From Desulfobacterales bacterium (GTDB taxonomy: Bacteria; Desulfobacterota; Desulfobacteria; Desulfobacterales; UBA2174): a stretch of 64,000 bases of DNA. Both the position numbers and the translations under genes were made by a program. Each line of letters opens with the position of its first letter. Position 1 is the stretch's first letter. Positions 28,386 to 36,792 of this stretch are shown piece by piece. The notes beneath the pieces were generated by a model. That model was not told where the DNA came from. It saw nothing but the letters and a program-made list of their open reading frames with translations, and made no database searches. The stretch spans positions 320,001 to 384,000 of the forward strand of contig CAXXWC010000021.1 in the NCBI GenBank assembly GCA_963668645.2. Direction: 5' to 3'.

Positions 28386-29549
28386 TCAAAACGGCGGAAC
28401 GATGCTGTAGCCCAAAAAGCCCTTCGAAGTGTAACGAAGCCCGACGTAAAGGGCCAGCACCACAAACAGGCGCTTGAGCCAGATATCGGGGATGTACTTG
28501 GAGGTGCGCGGACCGATCATCGAGCCGACGAAAATTCCCAACAGCTCCACACCGATCAGGGGCCAGTAGATCACAACCCCCTTTACCACCATGTAAGTGA
28601 AGATCGAAATAATCATCCCCACCAGCACGGTCAGAGCCGAGGTGCCGGCCACGAGGAACATGGGCAGCCCGGCGATGCTGGTCAGAAACGGCACGAAAAG
28701 AAAACCGCCGCCGATGCCGAGGAACGATGCCAGCCCGGCAATGAAAAAGCCGCCGATGATCGGGATGATCGGCCGGAAGCTGAACTCGACACCGTAGAAG
28801 GTGAAGACCACTTTGGAAAAACTCCAGCTCTTGACCTGCACGCCGGCTTCCTTCTCACTCAGGCTGGCGGACTTGTTGATATGCGCTTCCTCAAAGGCCT
28901 TGGCCGCGGCCTTGGCCTCTTTTTTGCCGGCCTGCCCCTTGGGCGTGGTCTCGTAGAAGAGAAAGCCGCCGATGATGAACACCACCAGGCCGAAATAGCC
29001 GAGGTAGGCCTTCAGTGAAATCTTGCCCGCGGTGATCACCGGGACCAGGAAGCTGCCGCTGATGGAACCGATAGCCAGAAAAATGCCCAGGGGCAGCACC
29101 AGACGTCCCATGCGGTAGTAGTTGAAGCTTGATACCGCTCCGCTAAGACCCACCATCCACTGGTTCGACACGCGGATCGAGTCGGTAATCAGTTTGTTGA
29201 GGGTAGGAGAGGTCTTTTTAAAGGTCTTGCCGTAGTCGGCCAGGCCGAAGACGGTGATGTGTCCCACACCGGCCATGATGCCGCCAAAGGCCCCGACAGT
29301 CGAGAAAATCCAGCCGACCCAGATCGCCCAGAAAAAGCCCACCACCACGCTCGGCGACGGGGCGCCCGGGATGCCCAAAAAGCCGGGCTTGCCATCGGCC
29401 GGGATCTGCCCCGGCCCGCTGCCGGCAGGCGTCTTGGCGATGGCGTCGGCCAGTGTATCGGCCAAGGCGGTACCGGCCATCAGCAGCGGCCCGGCGATCA
29501 GTGCCAGCAGGGCCAGAACGGTTAAAATCTTGATTGAACGTTTTTTCAT
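28386..29549 (-). CDS. TauE/SafE (TSUP) sulfite-exporter family protein with N-terminal extension
   Basis: GWIFSTVGAFGG, SFLGIGGGFLFVPFL, AGTS, LKRLF; signal-peptide-like N-terminus. Confidence 0.88.
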   Translation of the reverse strand: MKKRSIKILTVLALLALIAGPLLMAGTALADTLADAIAKTPAGSGPGQIPADGKPGFLGIPGAPSPSVVVGFFWAIWVGWIFSTVGAFGGIMAGVGHITVFGLADYGKTFKKTSPTLNKLITDSIRVSNQWMVGLSGAVSSFNYYRMGRLVLPLGIFLAIGSISGSFLVPVITAGKISLKAYLGYFGLVVFIIGGFLFYETTPKGQAGKKEAKAAAKAFEEAHINKSASLSEKEAGVQVKSWSFSKVVFTFYGVEFSFRPIIPIIGGFFIAGLASFLGIGGGFLFVPFLTSIAGLPMFLVAGTSALTVLVGMIISIFTYMVVKGVVIYWPLIGVELLGIFVGSMIGPRTSKYIPDIWLKRLFVVLALYVGLRYTSKGFLGYSIVPPF

Positions 29550-29682
29550 TTTTCCTCCCATGGTTAGATGGATATGGATGAATGCGCAGACCGACGGCCG
29601 CCTGCGGCAGAAACAACGCGGCCGTAGGGGCCGCAAAAACCTGAAACGATCGTCAATCGGATTTGGATGGATTTAAGCGCAC

Positions 29683-29698
29683 AGCAAAACGCATGCCA
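29683..29698 (-). promoter_or_regulatory. Sigma-54 -24/-12 promoter for the TauE-HK-RR operon
   Basis: Minus strand TGGCAT-GCGTT-TTGCT, about 135 bp upstream of the TauE ATG. Confidence 0.8.
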
Positions 29699-29919
29699 CA
29701 ACCTCCCCACCCTACCGGACAACCTTCCCCCGGGCCGGGGGAAAACGATTTTTCTTTGATAATCGGCGGCTGCGGCCAGACGCCGCCCCTTCAGCATTCG
29801 ACGATCATGGCAAAATCGATATTGCAACCGCAAAGCCGGCGTGATGGGGGCATAAAAAGGGACATATTTATTTTGCACCTCGAACCGTCGTCTGTCCCGG
29901 TTTGCCGGCAGTTAAGGCC

Positions 29920-29953
29920 GCAGGCTGTGCAATAAACAGATTGCACAGCCTGC
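29920..29953. terminator. 14-bp perfect inverted repeat downstream of the DUF169 gene (terminator or activator site)
   Basis: gcaggctgtgcaat-aaacag-attgcacagcctgc; T-run shortly after it on the plus strand. Confidence 0.5.
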
Positions 29954-30022
29954 AATCTTTTTTTTGCCACCCCGAAGAGGAGAGCGCTGGCGGTCGGCTC
30001 CTCAGGGGTTTTCTGCCGTTTT

Positions 30023-30922
30023 CTATTTCTCGGTTTTTTTGGGCTTTTTAAATGTCAGGAAGGGACAAAGTTTGCAGATATCAAAGCCCGGATAGGTTTC
30101 GCCGGTCCTGGGAAACGAAACCCCGCCGTCACGCACCGTACGTTCGAGCATCCAGTGAACCGTCGGCTCCATCTGGTCATATGGCATGATCCAGTTGATT
30201 TCGCCCTGCTCCGTCTTTCCAGCGGTATAACTGCTGCTGCACATTTGTGTGACGTTAAATTTATTCATCACGAAACACTGAACACAGCCGTGGCAGATCG
30301 AGGAATTCATGGTCATGATCATCTCAAAGGGATGATTGTCAAAGGCTGCATCCCAGTCGTTGGCAAGATGATACGACTGAAGAGTGTCACACATGCCGTG
30401 GATCAGGTCCGGCTTGAAGGGGGCCTTGTGCAGCGGAGCGGTAGCGAAAGCCAGCGGTTCCTGGGGCAGTCTTTTTTTGGTCTTGACGAACCGTTCGGCC
30501 TGGTCCCAGTTCTTGGTGTATTTCAAGTGGCTTTTGATTTCACCGTCATCTATTTCTTTCCACTTCATGACAAATTTTGCGTTGGAACATCCAACCTTAT
30601 CGGCGGTCCCGAGAAGGATGTCTCCCCGCTGCCTGCTGGCGGCCACAAAGGCGCAGAAGGTTACGGGATGAAGGGATATTTTATACTCGGCATTGTTCTT
30701 GAAATCGTCCAGTTCCTTCTGATCGAAGAAATACTTTACCGCAACGGGATAGTACTTCATCTTGAGAAGATTCCTCAGAGCAAAGACGATACCCGCATCG
30801 CTGATTTTGCCGCCATCTTTTTCCGCGCGTTGAAGAATCGATTTGGCGAGCGCAACGTCATCAAGGCAAAAGTCATAGTCCATTTCCTTCTCTTCACACG
30901 CTACCGACTGTTCCAATGACAT
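30023..30922 (-). CDS. DUF169-like Cys-rich protein
   Basis: YYPVAVKYF, TFCAFVAASR, GCSNA, APLHKAPFKPDLI, SICHGC. Confidence 0.75.
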   Translation of the reverse strand: MSLEQSVACEEKEMDYDFCLDDVALAKSILQRAEKDGGKISDAGIVFALRNLLKMKYYPVAVKYFFDQKELDDFKNNAEYKISLHPVTFCAFVAASRQRGDILLGTADKVGCSNAKFVMKWKEIDDGEIKSHLKYTKNWDQAERFVKTKKRLPQEPLAFATAPLHKAPFKPDLIHGMCDTLQSYHLANDWDAAFDNHPFEMIMTMNSSICHGCVQCFVMNKFNVTQMCSSSYTAGKTEQGEINWIMPYDQMEPTVHWMLERTVRDGGVSFPRTGETYPGFDICKLCPFLTFKKPKKTEK

Positions 30923-31138
30923 CCTTGTTACCTCCTTCTTCGATTTTTATTGCCTGTAAAAAGCAAGACATCTCCGGTCTTGCCGTCGTATAAACCCGAT
31001 GTGGAACGGCAAAACACCACACTTTTTCTATTACTGATTATTTTAAATGACGCAGAAAAGGTAAAAGTGCATACTTGGATTTTGTACGCACCACTATGGC
31101 CACCTATATCCGGAGTACTGGTACTATGGGATAATAGG

Positions 31139-31154
31139 CGCAACAAATGTTGCG
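31139..31154. promoter_or_regulatory. Palindromic candidate enhancer (UAS) for a sigma-54 activator
   Basis: CGCAACA-AA-TGTTGCG, with a second CGCAAC half-site at about 31169; about 170 bp upstream of the -24/-12 site. Confidence 0.5.
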
Positions 31155-31320
31155 TTTTTAATGATTAGCGCAACGATTGTCTTGCTTGAATGATCAACAA
31201 GCTATTCAAAAACTCGATTTTTTGTAACGCCCAGTCGCGGCGGGCGTCACCATGCCCAAATCCTGGGCCGACCCCTACTCCCCCGTTCCCTGTCTGTCAA
31301 GTCAAAACCGCAACGGGGCA

Positions 31321-31336
31321 TGGTACAGATATTGCT
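31321..31336 (+). promoter_or_regulatory. Sigma-54 -24/-12 promoter for the Mo-oxidoreductase operon
   Basis: TGGTAC-AGATA-TTGCT, about 77 bp upstream of the ATG at 31413. Confidence 0.75.
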
Positions 31337-31412
31337 TATGATCGGCCTTCAATTATTTCAGAACCCTACAGGGTCGAAGGCAGGCAATGATATTTCAACG
31401 CGGAGGCAGACG

Positions 31413-33500
31413 ATGGATAAAGAGGTCTACAGCTTGTGTTTCATGTGCAGCGTCCGCTGTCCCATCAAGATCAAGGTGCGCAACGGACAGGTGCAATGGA
31501 TCGAAGGCAACCCCCATGTTCCGGGAATGGAAGGCAGTCTTTGCCCCCGCGGGGCGGCCGGCATCAATCTGCTCTATGACGACCAGCGGGTACAAAGCCC
31601 GTTGATCCGGATCGGCGAGCGCGGTTCAGGGCAATGGCGCAAGGCCACCTGGGACGAGGCCCTGGATTACGTGGCCGGCAGATTGCGCCCGATCATCGAC
31701 CAGTATGGGGGCCAGAGCGTAATCCTGGGCGAACGCACCCAACTGGCCACCCATGTGAGCAAGACCTTTTTAAAAGCCATTGGCTCGCCCAACCATTTTA
31801 CCCACGATGCCCTGTGCAAGGGGAGTGTCAACACGGCCTGCCGGTCACTGTTCGGCTGTACGGATGCTCAGATGGCCATGGACTACAAAAACACGCGGCA
31901 TATCGTGATTTACGGCCGCAACATCTTTGAGGCCGTCAGCGTCAAGGAGGTCAACAACCTCATGACGGCTTTGGAAAACGGGGCCAAGTTGACCTACATT
32001 GATCCGCGGGTGACGGTCACGGCCACCAAGGCGCACCGCTACTGGATGATCCGGCCCGGGACCGACCTGGCCCTCAACTACGCGTTGATGCACGTGGTTC
32101 TCAAGGAACGGCTCTACGATGCGGCCTTTGTCGATCGCTGGGTCCTGGGCCTTGCCGAACTGCGTGATTTCGTGGCGGCGTACACCCCGCAGTGGGCTGC
32201 GGAAGAAACCGGCATCCCGGCCGAAGAGATCGTTGCCCTGGCCCGGGAAATCAGCCGAGAAAAGCCCCGGGTGATCTTCCACTTCGGCTACCGGGGCGCC
32301 AGCCATGTCAACGAAATCTACATGCGCCGCTCGATCATGATGCTCAACGCCCTGATGGGCAGCATCGAAAATCCGGGGGGGTTTTTCTTCAAAAAAGGCC
32401 CTGGAGAAATAGGCGCAAAACCGGCCCGCAAACTCACCGACCAGAAGATGCCCAAACCCGATACAGTGCGCTTCGACAAGGTCGGCACCCCTGATTTTCC
32501 CCTTCCGGACCCGGCCCACGGCGCCGGCCAGATGCTTCCGGACGCCATCCTCAACGAGGATCCCTACCCCATCAAGGCCTTGATCGCCTACCGCTTCGAT
32601 CCGCTCATGTCCATCGCCGATACCGCACACACCCGCAAAGCGCTGGACAAGCTGGACCTGATTGCGACCATCGACATCAACTACAGCGACATCGCCTGGT
32701 ACAGCGATGTGATCCTGCCGGAATCGCTCTATCTCGAACGGACCGACTGCATCCAGCAGGCCAACGGGCTCAAACCCCAGATGTTTCTGCGCCGCCAGGC
32801 CGTGCCGCCGCGCTACGACACCCGGGAAGGGGCCATCATTCTCAAGCAGATTGCCGAACGGCTGGGGGTGGGCCAGTACTTCCCCTACAAGACCATGGAC
32901 GAACTGGTGGCCTGGCAGTTGGAGGGGACCGGATTTACCAGAGCCGACTTCGATAAAAAGGGATTCGTGGCTTACGGCAAGGAGCAGATTTTCTGGGATC
33001 GGGCCGACGGGCTCAAGATCAAGACCCCTTCGGGCAAAATCGAGTTCAAGTCTTCGCTGCTCGAAAACGCCGGCTTCGAATCCTTCCCGGCTTACGAAGC
33101 GATGCCCGGGCCCCAAAGCGAAGATGCATTTCGTCTGGTGGTGGGGCGCAACGCCCTGCACACCCACGTCTCGACCCAGAACGTGGCCTATCTGAACGAA
33201 ATCTGCCCGGAGAACACCGCCTGGATCAACAGCGCCCGGGCCAAAACCTTGGGTATCAAGGATCGCGATACGGTGGAGATCACCTCCAGGGTCGGCTGCG
33301 GCCGGATGCAAGCCTACGTTTCGGACATGATCCATCCCGAGGCCGTGTTCATCCTCCACGGGTTCGGCCACACGGCCGGCCGCGCGGCGCGTTCGCTCAA
33401 CCGTGGGGTCAGCGACAGTGCGCTGCAGGAAAATCTTTACGACAAGGTGGGCGGCAGCCCGGCCTATCACGACACCTTCGTCAGCGTCCGAAGGGTCTGA
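31413..33500 (+). CDS. Molybdopterin oxidoreductase catalytic subunit, PhsA/PsrA-like, no Tat signal
   Basis: GGAGG RBS; CFMCSVRC..CPRG 4Fe-4S motif; THDALC (likely Cys Mo ligand); IRPGTDLA; SDVILPESLYLER; C-terminal MGD-binding domain. Confidence 0.9.
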   Translation: MDKEVYSLCFMCSVRCPIKIKVRNGQVQWIEGNPHVPGMEGSLCPRGAAGINLLYDDQRVQSPLIRIGERGSGQWRKATWDEALDYVAGRLRPIIDQYGGQSVILGERTQLATHVSKTFLKAIGSPNHFTHDALCKGSVNTACRSLFGCTDAQMAMDYKNTRHIVIYGRNIFEAVSVKEVNNLMTALENGAKLTYIDPRVTVTATKAHRYWMIRPGTDLALNYALMHVVLKERLYDAAFVDRWVLGLAELRDFVAAYTPQWAAEETGIPAEEIVALAREISREKPRVIFHFGYRGASHVNEIYMRRSIMMLNALMGSIENPGGFFFKKGPGEIGAKPARKLTDQKMPKPDTVRFDKVGTPDFPLPDPAHGAGQMLPDAILNEDPYPIKALIAYRFDPLMSIADTAHTRKALDKLDLIATIDINYSDIAWYSDVILPESLYLERTDCIQQANGLKPQMFLRRQAVPPRYDTREGAIILKQIAERLGVGQYFPYKTMDELVAWQLEGTGFTRADFDKKGFVAYGKEQIFWDRADGLKIKTPSGKIEFKSSLLENAGFESFPAYEAMPGPQSEDAFRLVVGRNALHTHVSTQNVAYLNEICPENTAWINSARAKTLGIKDRDTVEITSRVGCGRMQAYVSDMIHPEAVFILHGFGHTAGRAARSLNRGVSDSALQENLYDKVGGSPAYHDTFVSVRRV

Positions 33501-33545
33501 AAAACACCCAAAGGACACCGGCTCTAGCGCCAGCGGAGAGGAGAT

Positions 33546-34061
33546 ATGAGCAAATACTACCTGTTTCAGGATACCAAGAAATGCATCGGCTGCCACGCCT
33601 GCGAGGTCCAGTGCAAGAGCAACAAGAACCTGCCGGTGGGACCGCGCCTGTGCCAGATCGTCACCGTGGGCCCCAAGTTCGTCGGCGGCCTGCCGCGCAT
33701 GGGCTTTATCTTCATGCCCTGCTTTCACTGTGAAAACCCCTGGTGTGTGGCGGCCTGCCCCACCGGCGCCATGCAAAAGCGGCCCAAGGACGGAATCGTC
33801 TTTGTCGACGAGCAGCTTTGTGTGGGCTGCAAGGCCTGTGTGTCAGCCTGCCCCTGGGGCGCACCCCAGTGGAATCCGACCACGGGCAAAGTGGTCAAGT
33901 GCGACTACTGCATGGACCGCATCGACCAGGGCCTCAAGCCGGCCTGCGTCACGGTCTGCACCAGCCACTGCCTCAGCTTCGGCGCCGTCGAGGAGTTGAC
34001 GCCGATCCGGCGCGAACGCCACGCCAAGTCGGTTGCCAGCCTTGAGCACACGGCTTTTTAG
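33546..34061 (+). CDS. 4x[4Fe-4S] electron-transfer subunit (PhsB/PsrB/DmsB-like)
   Basis: CIGCHACEVQC, CFHCENPWCVAACP, CVGCKACVSACP, KCDYC..PACVTVC. Confidence 0.93.
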   Translation: MSKYYLFQDTKKCIGCHACEVQCKSNKNLPVGPRLCQIVTVGPKFVGGLPRMGFIFMPCFHCENPWCVAACPTGAMQKRPKDGIVFVDEQLCVGCKACVSACPWGAPQWNPTTGKVVKCDYCMDRIDQGLKPACVTVCTSHCLSFGAVEELTPIRRERHAKSVASLEHTAF

Positions 34062-34169
34062 TGATATCGATCCAAAGTCCGCCCCGGCCGACGCCGCCGC
34101 GGCGCCCGCCTTCGGCCGCAGACCGGTTCGCCGGGCTCGGTGTTTCGGTTTTTCTGTTGGAGGAATATC

Positions 34170-36326
34170 ATGGAAAAAGCCGCGTGCCCGGTCAATGCGA
34201 CGCTGCTTGACCTGTTAACGATCATCAAGAGCGACCGCCTGACCCTGCCGCGCAGCCGTCGACTGGCCGAGGAGATCCTCGACCTGCTGCGCGACGTGGT
34301 CCAGGGACGGGCCGGCAAGGCTCACCTGCCTGCACTGGACGCTTTGGCCGAGGAACTCAGCCAGTCCGATGACGGGCCGGGATGCCAGCGGACCGTTGAC
34401 ACGGTGTCCGCTTTGCTGGGCGGACACCGGGAAGTTCTGGCAAGCCATATCGAAACGGGCAACTGCGCCGCTGGCGAATGCCTGCGCCTGGCCCCCGCCC
34501 CTTGCCAGATGGCCTGCCCGGCAGGCATCGATATCCCCACCTACCTGACCCTGATCGGCATGGGCCGCGACGACGAGGCCATCGCGGTCATCCGCCAGGA
34601 CAATCCGTTCCCTTGGGTCTGCGGCCTGGTCTGCACCCGGCCTTGCGAATTCATGTGTGTGCGCGGGCGTATCGACCGGCCGGTATCGATCAAGTTTCTC
34701 AAGGCCTTTGCCGCGGAAAAGGCGCTTTCTGACAGGCGCTATCTCAACCCGCCCAAGGCTGCGGATAAAGGAAAGAAGGTCTGCATCGTCGGTGCCGGCC
34801 CCGGCGGCATGACGGCCGCTTATTATCTGGCCCTCAAGGGCTACGGCGTGGAGGTCATCGAAGCTTTGCCCATGGCCGGCGGCATGATGATGGTGGGCAT
34901 CCCCCGATACCGCCTGCCCCGGGAGGTCATCGACCGCGAGGTGGGTATGCTCGAATCCCTGGGGGTGGTATTCCGCTTCAACACCCGCCTGGGCCGCGAC
35001 ATCTCCCTGGATGAGCTTCGCACCCGGGGTTTCGATGCCTTTCTTTTCGCCATCGGCGCCCACAAGTCGTTTAAGCTCAACATTCCCGGCGAAAAAGACT
35101 ATCCGCGGGTGGTCGAGGCCATCGATTTTCTGCGCCGCGTCGCCCTGGGCGAGCGGCGCATGCCCGGGCGGCGGGTGGTGGTCATCGGCGGCGGCAATGT
35201 GGCCATCGATGCGGCCCGCACCAGCCTGCGCCTCGGCTCGGAAAAGGTCACCATCGCCTACCGGCGCACGCGCCACGAAATGCCGGCCGACGAGGAAGAG
35301 GTGGAACAGGCCGAGGAGGAAGGGGTGCATTTTGCCTTTCTTACCGTCCCGGTGGCGATCCAGGGCCGGGACGGAAAGGTCACGGCCCTGCGCTGCCTGC
35401 GTGCCGAGATGGTTGAAAGACCGGGGAGCCAGCGCAAGTCACCCGTTCCCCTGGAAGGCAGCGACTTCGACATGCTCGTCGATGCCGTGATCCCGGCCAT
35501 CGGCCAGCGCATCGACATCGATTGCATCAGCGGCGGCTGCGACCTGGCCTGGACCCGGCGCAACACCATCGAGGTCAACCTGACCACCATGGAGACCAGC
35601 GAGCCGGGAATCTTCGCCGTGGGCGATGCCGTCACCGGCCCGGCCACAGTGGTCGAAGCCATCGGCGGCGGCAAGCGGGCCGCCGAGGCCATCGACCGCT
35701 ATCTTCTCGGGATTCCCCAGCCCAAGAACCCCCCGGTACCGGTGCGCCACGGCCGCTGCGACCAGATCGAGGTTCCGGCCAGTACCAAGATGATCCTGCG
35801 CCGGCCCGAGATGCCGCTGCTCAACATCGAACGGCGCCGCACCACCTTCCAGCAGGTCGAACTGGGCTACTCGGAGAACACGACGCGCGAGGAGGCCCGC
35901 CGCTGCCTGCGCTGCGATATCTGCCTGCGCTGCGGGCGCTGCGTGGAGGTCTGCCGCGACAAGATGCAAATCGACGCCCTGCAACTGGGATACTTCGATT
36001 TCGACCACCCGGTGGAAACCGATTTCCGGCGCACCGAGGAGCGCTGCATCCTCTGCGGCGCCTGCGCGTCCAATTGCCCGACCGGAGCGATGCGCATCGA
36101 GGACCACAACGGGGAGCGGATTCTTTCCATTTGCGGCACGATCCTCAACCGCCAGCGCCTGGAAACCTGCCAGCGGTGCGGTGCGGTGCTCGGTCCGGCA
36201 CGTTATCTGGAGTACATTCGCAAGCGGACCGATCCCCATCTGCCCTCGGTGCGCGGCCAGAAGCTCTGCGATGCCTGCGCCCGGCGCGCCAAGGCGGCGC
36301 CGAACGTGGATACGATGCCGGTCTGA
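34170..36326 (+). CDS. GltD/NfnB-like FAD/NAD(P)H oxidoreductase with extra ferredoxin domains
   Basis: APCQMACP..CGLVCTRPCEFMC, GAGPGG, GGGNVAIDAAR..YRR, GDAVTGP; C-terminal CLRCGRCVEVC, CILCGACASNCP, CQRC..CDAC. Confidence 0.9.
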   Translation: MEKAACPVNATLLDLLTIIKSDRLTLPRSRRLAEEILDLLRDVVQGRAGKAHLPALDALAEELSQSDDGPGCQRTVDTVSALLGGHREVLASHIETGNCAAGECLRLAPAPCQMACPAGIDIPTYLTLIGMGRDDEAIAVIRQDNPFPWVCGLVCTRPCEFMCVRGRIDRPVSIKFLKAFAAEKALSDRRYLNPPKAADKGKKVCIVGAGPGGMTAAYYLALKGYGVEVIEALPMAGGMMMVGIPRYRLPREVIDREVGMLESLGVVFRFNTRLGRDISLDELRTRGFDAFLFAIGAHKSFKLNIPGEKDYPRVVEAIDFLRRVALGERRMPGRRVVVIGGGNVAIDAARTSLRLGSEKVTIAYRRTRHEMPADEEEVEQAEEEGVHFAFLTVPVAIQGRDGKVTALRCLRAEMVERPGSQRKSPVPLEGSDFDMLVDAVIPAIGQRIDIDCISGGCDLAWTRRNTIEVNLTTMETSEPGIFAVGDAVTGPATVVEAIGGGKRAAEAIDRYLLGIPQPKNPPVPVRHGRCDQIEVPASTKMILRRPEMPLLNIERRRTTFQQVELGYSENTTREEARRCLRCDICLRCGRCVEVCRDKMQIDALQLGYFDFDHPVETDFRRTEERCILCGACASNCPTGAMRIEDHNGERILSICGTILNRQRLETCQRCGAVLGPARYLEYIRKRTDPHLPSVRGQKLCDACARRAKAAPNVDTMPV

Positions 36327-36432
36327 AGGGGATCTTTGAATCGGCGGCTGCCCATTCGAAATCCGGCAATTTTCAATCTGTTCAATTTCAGCAACCGGCA
36401 ATCGCGAATCGACAATTCATTAAGGAATTACC

Positions 36433-36645
36433 ATGATTTTCCGAAAAGGTCAGAAAGTCGAAATCTACCGGCGCTCGGACGACGAGATGTGGGCGCCTTA
36501 TATGGACCGCTTCGTGGGATGCCACGGGATCATCGTCGACCCGGATACGGCCATCAACGACCCGGACGCCCTGGTGGAGGTAAGTATCGACGGCCAGGGG
36601 ACCCACAGGCTGCCACAGGACTGCCTGCGGCTGCTGGATGCTTGA
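36433..36645 (+). CDS. Small hypothetical protein, SH3-like beta-barrel pattern
   Basis: AAGGA RBS; FRKGQKVEI..W..YM..FVG.HG.IV..LVEVSI..LPQDCL. Confidence 0.65.
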   Translation: MIFRKGQKVEIYRRSDDEMWAPYMDRFVGCHGIIVDPDTAINDPDALVEVSIDGQGTHRLPQDCLRLLDA

Positions 36646-36792
36646 GCCACCGGCAAGCCGGTCTGCGACCGACCCGTTGACCGGCAGCAGGCCCGGGCAG
36701 TGAAAAGCATGACTCAGTTTCACCAAGCTCAGAGGCGTTGCCGCCTCTGAAACCCTATCGTTTACTTCAAGAAAATCGAACACGGTCTCGCC

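Noticed and set aside
31320..31412. Upstream ATG extension of the Mo subunit containing 'RR'
   Set aside because: It overlaps the sigma-54 promoter and has no hydrophobic region after RR, so it is not a Tat signal; GGAGG supports ATG 31413.
31845..33776. Long antisense ORFs (643 aa here; also 2743..4311, 11080..12636, 48501..50015, 51604..53598)
   Set aside because: They lie opposite well-supported genes, as expected from GC-rich codon bias, and show no motifs.
36729..36750. Hairpin tcagaggcg/cgcctctga before the last Fe-S gene
   Set aside because: No U-tract, so not called a terminator; at most an mRNA-stability element.
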